Origin: Blasia pusilla
Lineage: Eukaryota
Assembly (NCBI GenBank): GCA_050084515.1
Contig: CM114271.1
Span: forward strand, 17,918,001-17,982,000
Length of the DNA: 64,000 nucleotides
Direction: 5' to 3'
The position numbers and the translations under genes are program-made. The notes under the pieces were generated by a model that saw only the letters and a program-made list of their open reading frames with translations, searched no databases and was not told the DNA's origin. Shown here in pieces: positions 27,025 through 40,649 of this stretch (the stretch's first letter is position 1; each line of letters opens with the position of its first letter).

Positions 27025-28858
27025 CTAGTAAGGTGCACATGCAATGCACGGGAAATTAAAAAGTGTTTGAAGAGCTTTCGCTAGAGTATAGTCTGTGAAG
27101 GTATTAATGATGTTGCATACAAATTCAAATATTTTTCTTGTTGTCCGTAACATGTGAGACATTTCCTTGCTGCCCAATTGCCACATGTTAGACAAAGAGG
27201 TGTTTGCAAATCAAGAAGGCACTGTCCAATAACAGTATAGATAGATTCAAAATAAAAGAAGAAGAAAATTGTGTGCAAATGTAACTAAAAAATTCAGTAT
27301 CAACATACCCCAAATAGCTCACTCAACCGAAAGGAACAAATTTTTTATTCTTTCATGAACCACATGAGTCAAGCCCACATGAAGTGAACATCTAGTCCTA
27401 GGATTGGGAAGAAGACTCTAACCATCTAAATACCCTACAAAACAAAACAAAACAAAAGAAGTTCACTCGTCTATTTCTCCCTCATTTCACATTCCCTTTC
27501 TACATTTTTATTGCAGAAGGGAGTCATTGAGGATCTAAAATAAATTCTCAATTCTTAAAGAGCTTTCTTACATTTAAGCAGTACCAAGTTTCATTCTCGC
27601 TCATCATTGATTCTAAATTTTCTAATGGTGTCTTGTGTAAGGTCTGAAAGAAACTACTCTAAAATTCACTGAGGCATCTATATGTGTAAAGCATATCTCC
27701 CGGTACTTCTAATTTTCCACACTTTCTCCATTCCCCTTTCTCTAAAGTGAAGGGAAACTTGCCAAAGATCAAATTGCCTTCCCAAAAACTTGCAACTTCA
27801 CGTTCTTCCTCCATTTCTTTTTGAAACCAAGGTGATTCTTGCTACAAGTTGAAAAATTTGGTGAATAACTTAATGCCCACAATTAATCTTACAAATATCT
27901 AAATCTAGTGGTATAGGGTTTTTCTCAATCCCACCCATTTCCCCCATATTGAAAAGTTTCAGAAGTTTTTCTAAATGTGTGTTTCTAGATAAGTATGAGT
28001 TAAAGTTTTTAGTGATGGGAATCATCTTCTCATTCAAGGAAAGGTTTTGCTTAAAATTTTCATTTTTTTTTAGCTAACAAATTGATTATTATGGATAAAA
28101 CAAAGAAGGGATGCATCTAAAGGCTTAAACAAAAAAAATCCCTCATCATATTGTGATTATAGGGTGCGTCATAATGTGAAATATGTGTATGCCCATGCTT
28201 CTAATGGCAAATACCATAAGCTTTGGCATGATACTAATTGGGGTTAAAATTATGAAATTATAGGGCCTAGTGGGACACACTATGGAACCTCCGAAAAGGT
28301 TTCTAAGGTCTTTTCAAGTTAAGTGAGAAAATGAAAATTTCACTACAAGATAGAGAATCACTAAGGGTAGAATGCTTTGTCCAAGTATATTGTGCTTGTA
28401 TGGTCCAAATAAAAATTGCTCATAGTTTTCCCTCTCTATATTATCCCAATCCCTTATAGATTTCATGAGCTTTTCTTATCGCTTACTATGAGCCCTCAAA
28501 GTTTTCGATATGTCATTCCACATATGAATGATAGGATAAAATTTTAAAAATTAGACGAAGAAAATTTGGTTAATTGTGACAAACGCTTTCATGCTTGTTT
28601 GTTGGCATTAACCATTCTATAATCTTTTATTTCAAGTCTATGGTAATTTCACTACACTATGCTCTGTCACTCCCTCGAAAATAAATATTGTGTCCTTAGT
28701 AGGACTAGTAAGGTGCAGAAAAGTGCTCATGGGATGCTCAATTTGGAGCCAATTTTTCCACATAAAGATTGGTTATCATGGGAAATTTTATTCCTACAAA
28801 CACTTTTTCATATCCAAGGTGAACGTAAGAAAAATCAATACTCCCATTAGTATATAGA
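27025..28858 (-). mobile_element. Non-autonomous Helitron(s): 5' end at 28858 with two candidate 3' ends (28705 and 27025)
   Basis: The minus-strand 5' end is A|TCTATATACTAATGGGAG at 28858. One 3' end, GCACCTTACTAG|T, ends at 28705. Another, CCCGTGCATTGCATGTGCACCTTACTAG|T (degenerate hairpin), ends at 27025. Confidence 0.6.
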
Positions 28859-29635
28859 TTATAGGACAATGCATATAGCCTAGCTTCCATAAATAAGAGG
28901 GAAATAGAAACCATTTGTAGGACAAATAGCAACGAAACTTATTTTTAACAATCTTTTATAATTTTCCCCAACCAATTTAATTTCTAAAGAAGCAAGAATA
29001 TTGCACATCTTAATGTGGTTTTATTCCCTTACATCTTGTTCCATGGTAGAATTCGCACCCATTAGTGTTTTGAAATATTTACCAAGTTTAATCGTTTCTT
29101 GAATTACAAGTGTAAGATAGATGGTTTCTTCCAACCTAAAATTGAGTATCTATTAACCATCACAACCTAACCAAATTAAAAATGAGCGAGTCGATGATGG
29201 CCTTCAAGTTTAAAGTGAAGGCCCAAGGTAAGATAGTCATTGAATCGAAACTTTTCTTGTAATCTCATTCATGATTAGTTAGCCTTAACCAAGTAAGCAA
29301 GTTATGGGACTTCATGACTTTATGTGCTAGTTGGAATGCCTATGGGATGTAAGAATTTTTGTTCTTATCTCAAATTTTAATCTTTAGTAGTATCATTTCA
29401 ATTTCAAGTAATGAATTTATTTATAATTTTTTTTTAAAATATTATGATTTTATAACCTTTGTAAATCTTATTCAAAAGCCATGTGCCCCGCTCCAAACAC
29501 CTTCATAACCTTCTTCATTTTTTGAAAAATATTTAAAAAATTCCCTTCTCGCACAAATTAAACCCCCAACTTTCATCTACTTAGTATACTTCACTCCTTA
29601 TTTTGAATCTTACTTGCCATCCTTTCCATCTCCGG

Positions 29636-30747
29636 TCTAATATATATAATAATTGGCGACCCCACATGTCTAATACGACAAAATAGATAACTTGTTTGAA
29701 TTTTTTGCTTGAATCATACTAGATAGGTACAAATAGATATAGGGATTTGAATGGAATAGAAAGAAAAGATATTGATTAATAATTTAATTTATGTTATAAT
29801 GGATGATAATAAATAGTAATAAAATATGAGAATTATCATAAATAACCAAAATTTTCAAATATTTATTTCAGTTCATATTTTATGGAAAGAGAAAATAAAT
29901 TTTAATGGAGAAGGAGTAGATTTTTTTAAAATTTTGTGGAAGGATAAAATTACTTAGAAGATTGGGATGCCATTGAAATTTGAATGGAGGATTGTAATTA
30001 TTAAGAAGAGTGAAATATTATCACTTTCTAAGATCTTAGAAAATAGAAATTATATTTAAAATGTGAAATGAATAATGTGATTATTTTTAAAAATAATCGT
30101 ATTAATTCACCTGTGATATTTTGGGAAAGGAAAATAAATTTTAATGGAAAAAGAAAAAATCTTTTGTTAATTAAAATTATCTAAGATTTTGGTTAGTGTT
30201 GTCATTTTGGCATGAAGAGTGGAAGGGGAAGAATTGTTATTGTTCGAGATTTTACGGAGGAGCGAAATTATTTAGGGGAGATGGGTTTTATTTAAAGGTG
30301 AAATTTTCTTACTCTTTTAAGATTCTAAAAAGTGGGAATTATACTTAAATTTTAACATTAAATACAATTTTAAAATTTAAACATAATTAAAAAAACTATT
30401 ATTGACACCTATTTTTTAAGACCCTTCTATTGACACGTGGCAATTGGACAGCAAGAAATTGTTTCACATGTTATGTGCAGCAAGAAATTTGTGTGCAAGA
30501 TCATTAATCACTTTCCTTCACGGGCTATACGATAACAAAAGCTCTTCAAGCACCTTTTTTATTTTTCATGCATCGCATGGGCAAATGGTGACACTTATGT
30601 GGTTGAGGCATGGTGTCAAACATGCTCTCCCCTCTCTGATCGTATTGTTATACACAAATCTGAAAATATGAGTTAGTTTTACACATCAAGTTTAGTTTCT
30701 TATCCTCAGAGTATTGTATATTATGCCTAGCACAAGAATCTTACTAG
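29636..30747 (+). mobile_element. Possible AT-rich non-autonomous Helitron
   Basis: Starts TCTAATATATATAATAATTGG, although the preceding base is G rather than A. Ends ATCTTACTAG|T at 30744-30748, the same 3' motif as the other local Helitron ends. Confidence 0.35.
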
Positions 30748-30773
30748 TTCCTCTATATTTGGAAAACCAAAAC

Positions 30774-30823
30774 CCCCAGCTCACCTCTTAACAACTCATT
30801 CTATGTTAAGAGGTGAGCTGGGG
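30774..30823. repeat. Perfect 20-bp inverted repeat with 10-nt loop
   Basis: CCCCAGCTCACCTCTTAACA-actcattcta-TGTTAAGAGGTGAGCTGGGG. Confidence 0.95.
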
Positions 30824-32084
30824 TTAAATATGTAAAGTCATAGTTGTTAACTAATTTTATTTGATATCTCATGCGAGCGTGCATTCTTTGAAAGACCATA
30901 GAATGTTTTCTCCTTTCTCCTATCCTTAATCACTATCTAGGTGATATGATGTGAAATGCAAGAATTTTTCACCTCCTCAATTGGAAATAATCATTTTTTA
31001 TATCTTTAGTTTGGAAAAAACTTCTCTTCTCCCTTATTAAGTTGTGAAAGAGAAATCCCTCTTTCTCTTGTAAGATTCACACCTCCCCAATATTTTTTTA
31101 AACTTAATTTTGGAGAAATATTTAATTTTTCCATGATAAAGTGTATTTCCCCCTTCCAACCAAAGCCCCTAAATTTGGGTTTCTTTCTTGTTTCAAACTC
31201 TTTTTTCAGAAGAAGATTCAAAATATGCGAAAATTACTTTAAAAGGGAATGAGGATAGAATTGTGATTTAGTTTTTTCTTTTCCAAAATAATCTAATTTT
31301 CCTGTTCCCCCCCTCCAAAAAAATCTCAAAATTTCCCTAGTTTATCTTATTCTATTTATAAAATTAGATGCCTAAAATTTACATTCATATAATCAAATTT
31401 CATTTAAAATATAAATAAAAACATAAAAATAAGAAATAGAAAAGAAACTTACAATTTTCTGTAAATTCTAAAAAATAATAAGAGAGGAGATAGAGAGTAG
31501 AGTAAAAACTTGATTTCATTTTATTTTCAGACTTCGAGGTATTCGGAAATTTGAAATCCCTTCCTTCAATAATGTCCTGAGTGGGAAAATTTAATGGCAA
31601 GGAAATGAAGGAAACATATTTTGATTTTCTTATCTTATAAAATAAGAATTTTTATCTAAATCTCCCTACTGGACCAAATCCCAAATTATATATTTTTTCC
31701 TTTTGAATAATTATTTAAGATTTTGATAAATAAATTAAATGAAAAAATTAGGAGAAAAATTGATTCGAAATATAGATTAAAATCTGATGAGGAAATATGG
31801 ATTTGAAACATGATTAATAAACATGGACTTTCCCCTTACGACTGACTAGTATGAATAAAATAAGATTAAGAACACATGAAAATATAAGGAAAGGAAACTC
31901 ACAAAAAATATTTTGGAGTAAGGGTAGAAACTTCTTTCCAACTAAAACCTCCATGAAGTTAAGGAAAAATCCCCATTTGTTTTGATGTTTTCTACACCGA
32001 TTAAAGTTTTACTTACAAATGTTCTCCATGTGCCCGACTTCTACAACCAATTCGAAGGAACACAAACACGACCCCACAAACACA

Positions 32085-32155
32085 ATTAAATTAAATTAAC
32101 TTAAATTAGCTTTAATTAACTTAAATTAGCTTAAATTAGCTTAAATTAAATTAAG
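32085..32155. repeat. Low-complexity (TTAAATTAGC/TTAAA)n simple repeat
   Basis: Visible imperfect 5- and 10-bp periodic array. Confidence 0.8.
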
Positions 32156-33562
32156 CGAAAATAAATTGAAGGTCGTACGAAAAGTGGGAAAGGAAATCAT
32201 AAATAACAAGTTGAGAAGAGCGAACGCACATTCTAGAGCCCCTATTGTCACCACGCGTTGCTTTTATGATATTCTGGGAAATGTATGTGATGTTTATATA
32301 TAATGACTCCACCATTTTGTTCTTCATTTGGAATTTTATTGTCGTTCCTATTCCTCATGGTAAAGACAACAGAATATTCGTACGAAAATATTCATGGCTC
32401 GAAAAGAGGTCTTTTCTCTACTTATGAAAAAAATGCATTTATGTGAATGATAAAGTAGTCTCTATACGTGCCCTTTGTCAAGTTTGTTTATTCACGCGGT
32501 GTGCAGGTTTATGTTTTTGGCAAGGAAATTTATTGGCAATAATAATTGAAACTACTCCATTTCCACGTGACCTTGGAGCGAATTAATCTCAACGGTTTGG
32601 ATGAGACATTCCATTTCAATCCTTCCGGCTTGTTGGGCTCAACCACAACGCTACACGTGGCCTTTCAAACTCCAAGTTGTGATGGTAATTTTTGGGGCTA
32701 GGGCAAATATTTAGGGTTTGCAGGCTGTTGCTTAGCGGGCCTCATTTGAGGTTTTCTTGAATGCCCCCCTTATGTCTCTTCAGGGCCGGTTTTGTCCCCA
32801 GGGTTTTTGGTTGTCTATGCCCCCAGCCTCCTTTGTATCTTGATGGGTTTTCCATCAAATGCTTCTATTAAAGTTTATATTTTCCCGCTTGGTAGGGCCC
32901 ATGAAAATAGTATCACTTGTTCCAACCTTCACATGTTGCACATTACCTTGGTCTAGAGGCCGGGTGGATTTTCTTCAAGAATATCATGTATGATACTCGT
33001 CTCTATCACTTACAAGACTACAAAGTGGTCGAGGTGGGGGTGATGATGACTTTTGGGGTTTGTGTGTAACCTCATATTTAAGCAACGGGTGGGGCAAGGG
33101 GTCATATCCCAAAGTAAAGTTCGGCCTACGTCGATGAACAATGACATGCTTGATTCATTTGAAGATTTCCATAGGAGACAACAAGCAAAATATGATTGAG
33201 TTTTGACTCAAAGAATATAAGGAAACCTGAGTACGGCACTTCTCAGGTATTTAATGACATGGTTTCTAACGAGGAAGTGAAATGGTGGAAACCCTCAGAG
33301 TTCTCCCTCGGCTTCCAAAATTTGGTTGTTTGAAGGAATCAAACAACCAAAAAAGTATCATTTGACCAAATATACTTTTGATCAAGCTCTACATTTGCTC
33401 CTATATCGAGTGTCGTTTAAATAAAGGACTACTTGACAATGACTATGTAGACAATAATTATTATGCTATGCTTTGGCCCAAACTGTTTGGCGGATTCCCA
33501 CATATTACTTGCCCATTCGCCACTTTGTTTTCAACGGTTCTCACGGTTGATGGAAGGGTTTA

Positions 33563-34085
33563 GGCAGGTTGCGGCTGCTAGGATGGCGGAGATGCCGGCT
33601 AGACCCGCGATAGAGCGTGCCGTGGCTTCTCCTGGTGTTTTTTTGGTGGATAACTAGGGAGAGGTCTTCCAGTTGGTGAGTCCATGAGGTAGAGATTTTA
33701 GTCGGCATCGCTTCTTTTTGGATTCAAGAGCACAACCCTTGATGTTGGGGAAAGTGTCATTCAAAGGATTGGGCTTGACGAGAGCCCATGTGGAGCGTTG
33801 TCCATTCCGGATATAGAAATCCTTGGGTGGAGCGAGTACCACACAGTATATCACCCGATAGGAGGTCATGGTGAGGATTCGCCCGGGACATCCTACAGAT
33901 GAGTCGGTGATGCGAGCCAAGGCGATAGTGACTGATGCAGAATCCTATGACGTCTTGGTTGGTGGAGCAGTGTTATACTCGATGGGGTTTTCCCTAGATT
34001 ACTGGGAGGAGTCAGCGTCCTACAGACCAGGATGGCAGTAAGGTGATGGGTGCCTTAGCTCATTACCCGTTCGATTCACAGGTGC
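33563..34085 (+). mobile_element. Isolated LTR-retrotransposon aspartic-protease-region fragment, same family as 47615-48024
   Basis: High visual identity to 47615-48024 (AARMAEMPARPAIE..., LDS.AQPLMLGK, DAESYDVLVGGAVLY). It continues past the point where the other copy is interrupted (YSMGFSLDYWEESASYRPGWQ*). Contains stops. Confidence 0.8.
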
Positions 34086-34626
34086 ATGGCTTCTGGATCT
34101 ACGACAATATCAATTTTTTTCTATTGGAGATTCCAACAAAAAACTGAATGGGACTGTCATGCAGCCCTTTAACCTGCACTTCTATGAAAAGTTTGGCAAC
34201 GCTTCTACGATGATTTCTCCAAATGAATACTTCAAACCTGTAAAATCACAAATCAGAGAGATTCATGGTGCTCCCAAGAGCACTAGTATGGGAAACCCGC
34301 CCCCATACTCAATCTCTAAAGAAATTTGGGCAACGCTTCCGCGCGCCACTCTTCCACATGAAAAATCAGAAGAGGCAACAACCCCAAAAAGCGCTCTTGC
34401 TCTGGTGAGCACTCCAATGAATTGTTGAATGGAGAATACGGTTCCCAACCTGCAACAACAACGAGCTCCTCCATTGTAACCCTCTTACTCTCTCATTCTC
34501 TCTTTGTAAATCAATCCAATGTCTCTCAACATCTCATATCAAACTCTCCATGGTGTACACTCTCTCTCATGTTAAACTAAATCCAATCTCCTAATGAGAG
34601 GCTTAGGTTACACACACAAGGCAAGG

Positions 34627-34696
34627 AGGACCATAGCTCGCCGCCAAGAGAGAGGCGGCGGAGCTATGGTCCTATATATATATATATATATATATA

Positions 34697-34758
<62 letters not shown>

Positions 34759-34773
34759 CGGAGCTATGGTCCT
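34627..34773. repeat. Hairpin, then (TA)n and (CT)n microsatellites, then a direct copy of the hairpin arm
   Basis: AGGACCATAGCTC (34627-34639) pairs with GAGCTATGGTCCT (34661-34673). CGGCGGAGCTATGGTCCT recurs exactly 100 bp later (34756-34773), after (TA)n and (CT)n runs. Confidence 0.85.
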
Positions 34774-35069
34774 CTCCGAAGCCCTCTCCACGATAATCTA
34801 TTCTCGCAGATCATCTCCTTGGCTCTTGACCTATTGTAGCGGGTTAAGGACCTCTTTCCAAAGTAGAAAGTAAATGATAACAAAAGTGATAACTTACCAC
34901 ATATAATAAGTTCATCAATATGGCTCCAAAAGAGCCGAAACGAAGGGAAAACTTGTTATCGTAGGTTATCTGTGGCTTCATCGGGTCATCCTCAACCTCA
35001 TGAGGTTGTTGCCTAGTATCTCCGAAGACGCTCTACTAGATCTGGCCGAAATATCCTAAAAGGCGTGAC

Positions 35070-35640
35070 ACTTTGTAATGATGATTAATAATTTTGAGAG
35101 TCCAACATTAAAAGGAGTTAGTATTTACTTCCCAAATCCTGAATTTTCTTACGAGCAATTATATGTTGTCTCATCTAGAATAGGTTCTAAAACTTCAATT
35201 CCTCTAATGGTTGAGAGTCAACATCTAACAATCAGAATCGGTTTTTATATTAGAAATGTTGTATTTCATGAAGTGCTATATTGAAAAAAACTACAAAGAT
35301 ATAATTTTGAATTTTTACTTAATATCTTCTTTTATTTTCTAACAAGAATATTCTATTTATTTTATGAATTATTATTATTATGTCAATAATTAAAAAAATT
35401 ATAGTGGGACACACCAAAAAAACCCCTTTATTTGAAAGAAAGGAATTGTTTCATCAAAACCGTACATTATACTATCTTTCGGTAAGGGATCGCATCAATA
35501 ACATGGATATGAGAACGATCATTTTGTAGACATGTTTGGAGATGTGTCAAATGTTATTTCATAAAAGTAAATTCACAAAATTATATTCTTGGAATAGTGA
35601 AGTTTTGACACACATGCATAGATCGGGCATTTTTAATAGT
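35070..35640 (+). mobile_element. Decayed Helitron 3' fragment (helicase C-terminus plus degenerate end)
   Basis: ORF 35078-35284, MIINNFESPTLKGVSIYFPNPEFSYEQLYVVSSRIGSK...IGFYIRNVVFHEVL, aligns to [38 protein letters not shown]...IGFYTRNVIYSEIL (1998-2204). An end-like CACATGCATAGATCGGGCATTTTTAATAG|T lies at ~35611-35640. Confidence 0.75.
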
Positions 35641-36346
35641 ACGTATGATATTCCCAATATTCCACTATGATACAACTCGAAGTAATCACTTGAACTGCAT
35701 TGAGGGATGAACTTGTAACATCATCTTCTATTGTCTAATGAGGAAGCCATGCCCATTTCCGAATCGATATTATTATTAGAGAGTGCCTTCTTCATTTGCA
35801 CACAATTCTTTGATTAACATGTGAAAATATTTCCCTCTACAGACAATAAGAAAATGATTTCCAATCTTTTCTCATGCATGGCATTTTTTACCCACTAGCA
35901 TATTATGAATGATGGGAGAATGTTTTCTTTTAGCAAACACATCTCCATTTAACAAGTGACAAGTGGACACGTCTTTGAACAACAAAGAAAAGAATTTGAA
36001 TTTGTGCGAGCATCATTAATCCATTCCCTTCAAGCCTTACACACTAACAAAAACTTTTATCTCCCGATAAATTAATATTACTCATGTTACTAATATTAAA
36101 TGAGAGTGAGTTCATCTTCGCCGAAAATGGCCCCAAGAACTAATTTTCTGAGCATAATTCCGTCCCTCTAACTATTACTGAACTTTGGTTTTTAAACTTG
36201 TCCCCTACCATCCGAAATTGAGGGCATTCAGGGACCCATAGAAGCTCTTAGTTAGTGTACCCCAAAGTTCCGGGAAGTCTCTCGGAGTCCCAACCAATAT
36301 GTCGCCGGAAAGAGACCCGCTTTAAGTCTCCACTTTAAGGGCACAC

Positions 36347-39300
36347 TTAAAGGGGAGACTTGGCATGGAAGTTTGTGACGGGGCCTTTAAACCAATGCCT
36401 CGCACTGAAGAGCCACGCGGCGAGAGCTAGAATGAACACGCCGCCCACGGCTACGGGAGTGTAATTGAGGGTGTCAGCCTTTACGGGGTACGCTACGGGC
36501 AGGCAGAAGAGGACGGTTATGGTGGCGACCCACATGACCGCGACCCAGCCCACGAAGACGCTGAAGCGCCCCAAATTGATGGGGCCCGGTTTGAAGCTGC
36601 TGCGAGCTATGGTGATTCGGAACACGATGGGCAGTGCGTACGCGACATACAGCCCGATGGTTGCGATGGACACCATCGCTTGAAACGCCACCTGACTTCC
36701 CAAGGACTGCACACAGACGAGGGTTTCAGATTGGCATCACGGGCGGAGTCGAAGTGGTGGAGAGATTGGACGGAGAGTAGGTGAAGAGATTTTGGCTTAT
36801 GCTGAGAGGATCTGATGTGGGAGGAGTCGTAGATGAATCTCAGAGATCGTGCAGACTTGGGAAATTTCAGATGGGCATTAACGGGCAGAATCACGCGTTT
36901 GAGAGATTGGACGGAGAGCAGTGAAGAAATGTGGCTGCTGCCGAGAGGATTTGATGTGGGAGGAGAGTCGTAGACGCATCTCGGAAATCTTTTGAAGGGT
37001 GAGGTAGCGCAAGGTGGAAAGAGCGGAGCGGAAAGAAGAAGAAGAAGAAGAAGAAGAAGAATTAGCTTACAGTGAGCGCCATGACGAACGCGACGGAGAC
37101 AGAAAGCCACACAGCGTTGCGCGGAACTTCCCTCCTGTCTACCAAATGCCACAGTTTCGAGTAGGGCATGGCACCGTCTCTGGAGAAAGCAAACACCATC
37201 CTGCCAAACTCAAAGATGCTGCGATTAGTACCACTTGCTCTTATCTTTGTGTGGCAGAACGAGTACTCAGACACGCAACTCACTCTACGCGATGAAGATA
37301 CCTTGAGTTGCTGGTGATCGAGCCCATGCCGCAGAAGAAGATGGCCACGGCCACTGCCCCCAAGCATAGAATGCCCCCCGTCCCATTACCATATCTTTTC
37401 TTGAAAACATCGTAGAAGACTTGGGCTATCGCATAACCTTTCGCATCATTCTCCGGGTCTAGTAGCCGCGATGGATCCACAGTGGCAAAGGTGATGCCTA
37501 TCAGATAGCCCCAGCCAACGACGATCGATATCGCAATTGCACTCAAGATGCCGTAGGCACCATTCTTGTCTGAAGATTTGGTCTCCTCGGACTACAAACA
37601 CAGCACGAGCGTCAACAACAATACTCTACTCTTGAAAATCCATCGGGATCCAGTCTCTCTCCCCACGCACTGCCTACAAAGATGGATTGCTCTGTGCTGT
37701 GAAAGCTGAAGCTAACAACTGACATCCGTGCACGAAGAAAATGTGTGCTTTGGCAGGTCTGTCTACCAGAATCACTGATGGTGTGTGAGCTAAGCTGCAG
37801 GTCACTGGAAAGGCATCAAGAAGGAACGAATGAGGTGGGTTTTTTCCCGGGAATCAAGAGGTGCATGGAGTTGTGAGTGTCAGATGTTAAGAGAGACGTC
37901 AAAAGCGACTCAATTTACCATGTGAGCAGATGCATCATAACCACTCAGCGTGTACTGACTCATCAGTAGACCCAACAGAAAGATGTACGGTTCGCTGTGG
38001 ATGCCGGCGCCGTTGTCTCTGTTGAAGGACGAGAAAACGGAGCTTACACTTTGTCTTTCAGTGGCGACCATGGGGATCAAAATCATCAGGAGAAACACAC
38101 CTGCGAAAAACATTGAAGCCGTGCCTCGCCGACGTGTCAAAACATGCTTCTTTCCCGTGTGAATGCCATCTAACTTCACACTACATGGGGTCGTTGGCTA
38201 CTAGCGATAGCTCTCACGAATTGAGCCACACTGCACATGGTGACTTTAGCACATCACCTCGCGCAGTGCACAACGTCATGCAATATTTCGTAAAATCTAT
38301 ACATGGATATGGCAAAACCACAAGGTGAAGACGTTTCCAACTACCTAGCTGGGTGATCAAAACGTACCAAAGATATTCCAAACCGCTGCGAAGGTCCCTA
38401 CGTAAGCCAGCCATTGGATAGGCACGCTGTTCATGAGGCCATGCATAAGTAATAGGCCACCGTGAAATGCTATCACGACATACTTGGACGCGTAATATCC
38501 ACCGCCATTTGCTCCTCCTGTAGCTAGCAAAATTATGACTTGCAGCAGGGTGGCCAACGAAAAGTCGATGCTTGTTGTCACAGCCCACTGCACCACAGGA
38601 ATGCACATGAACCATTCTTCTCCTAATCAGTGCAGATTGGTTATTCCTCTCGCATAATCGGATTGAAAACAAGTACACCCCTTCATCCTCAGCAGAGGGG
38701 AGTTCGTAGTTTGCCACCTTGAGGAGATCGGTGTTCTGGCAATCGTAAGACCATATCTACAATGAACCCACCAGAATGGTGGAGCAAACGCTTTAAGTGA
38801 TCTTATGATCTTGCTGGTGCTTGCTCAACGCAACACTAGATTCAGAGCCCACGTTCCCTTCACCTACTCCCAGGGAGAATACGGTGGCACTGACTGACTA
38901 GTTTCATCCTCCCATCTGGCGTTGTTCGAAAGAGCCCATGACGATGAAAGATCTTGTGGATTCGGTTCTACTGACTTGGAAATGTTCCGGTGCCTCCACA
39001 AAAACAGAAACAAAACACTCAAGTGAAGCATAACAGACTACACTCTACGAATTCAGAACGACCCTTACAATCTGATTTCCGAACAGAATGGATTAAGAGT
39101 GAGGAAATTGTACAACAGACCTGGCCAGCTATGTTGTACCTGCAAACACACACTCACATACGTTAGTGCTTCATTCCAGACGGAGAATTCCTGCCCGTCA
39201 TGTTAAAGTCAAGCGCACTACAGTTCCAAAACCTACTCATCATGCGGAGAGAAGGACTACCCCGACACTAGACATGACCAATCTTAGGCTTGCAATTCGA

Positions 39301-40415
39301 GGCGACGAAGATCGAGGTTATAACATTCAAGAGATGACTGACCAGCCAGTCATCCACGATGCGAAAGGTCCCCATGAAGGCCCTGCCAGTTTGTAACTCC
39401 AGTAGTAAAGACCACCGGAAGTGGGGTATGCAGAGCAAATCTCCGCCATGGACAGACCCACAAACATGTTGAAGAATCCTGTTATGAGCCATCCGTATAC
39501 CATCGATATAGGTCCACCAAATTGTAATCCAGTGTTGTAAAGAGTGGTGATGCCTGTCAGTATCGAGATAATTGAGAAGGAGAAGGCAAAGTTGGAAAGC
39601 AGTCTGCAGATATGCAAAGAACGCGAGCAGTCAGTAAGATGAGAAAGCGGCCAAGTTTCTGGATGCCTACTTCTTGAGAAGGTTCTCTAAGGTGCACACC
39701 CACCAAGAAGCATTTCCCCATTCTACTTTTTGACCACCACCGACATGAAGGTGCCGAGGTGGTAGAGCAAACTTGGCGCCGATCTCCTGGGACACCGGGA
39801 ATGAGAAATGCCTGCGCAGTTCTATAGTAGAAGTTCGACATTCAGATTTGACCACGAGAAAAAGCTCGAGATAAGCGGCGAACTGAGCTCTCTGCTTTGT
39901 TCGGCTGTTCCAGTGTGGGCTGCGCTCTGCTCCTATTCATTTCTCCATTCCTTGGGCTCCTCGTAATTTGATCGAGTCAAATTGGAATGGAGAACATGCG
40001 CAGCATTTGGCGCCAAAGCAGCCATTTGCTGATATTAGCGAAAACGCTCGAAGTTGAAAGAGAATAAACTCTTCTTCATGACCTCAATCCATCTTCTGAC
40101 CACAAATGATTTCTGCTTCTCCACGAATCCCGAATACGTCCACCACACTCATCCCACCGACGTCCACCAAACAGGAGGCGCCCGCAAATTCGTACCGAGC
40201 GCTCTCGAAACCCACACTTGTGCCGCAAACGCAACTGCAGACTTGCGATATCACACGTTCCTTGCATATCTCTCATCAACGAGACGTGAACAAACGCTTC
40301 CAGACAAATGAAGTGAAGAATCTCAAGAAGGCGGAAAAGAGGAATGATTGGAGATAGCTCAGTTTCAACAGAAAAAGGTACTAGTAGATTTGGTTCGCAG
40401 CTGGTCCAGAATGCG

Positions 40416-40453
<38 letters not shown>

Positions 40454-40551
40454 ACTCACGAGAGATCCCGCTTCAGCTCTTGCTTGTAGCTCAGTTTCAA
40501 CAGAAAAAGGTACTAGTAGATTTGGTTCGCAGCTGGTCCAGAATGCGAAAC

Positions 40552-40649
<98 letters not shown>

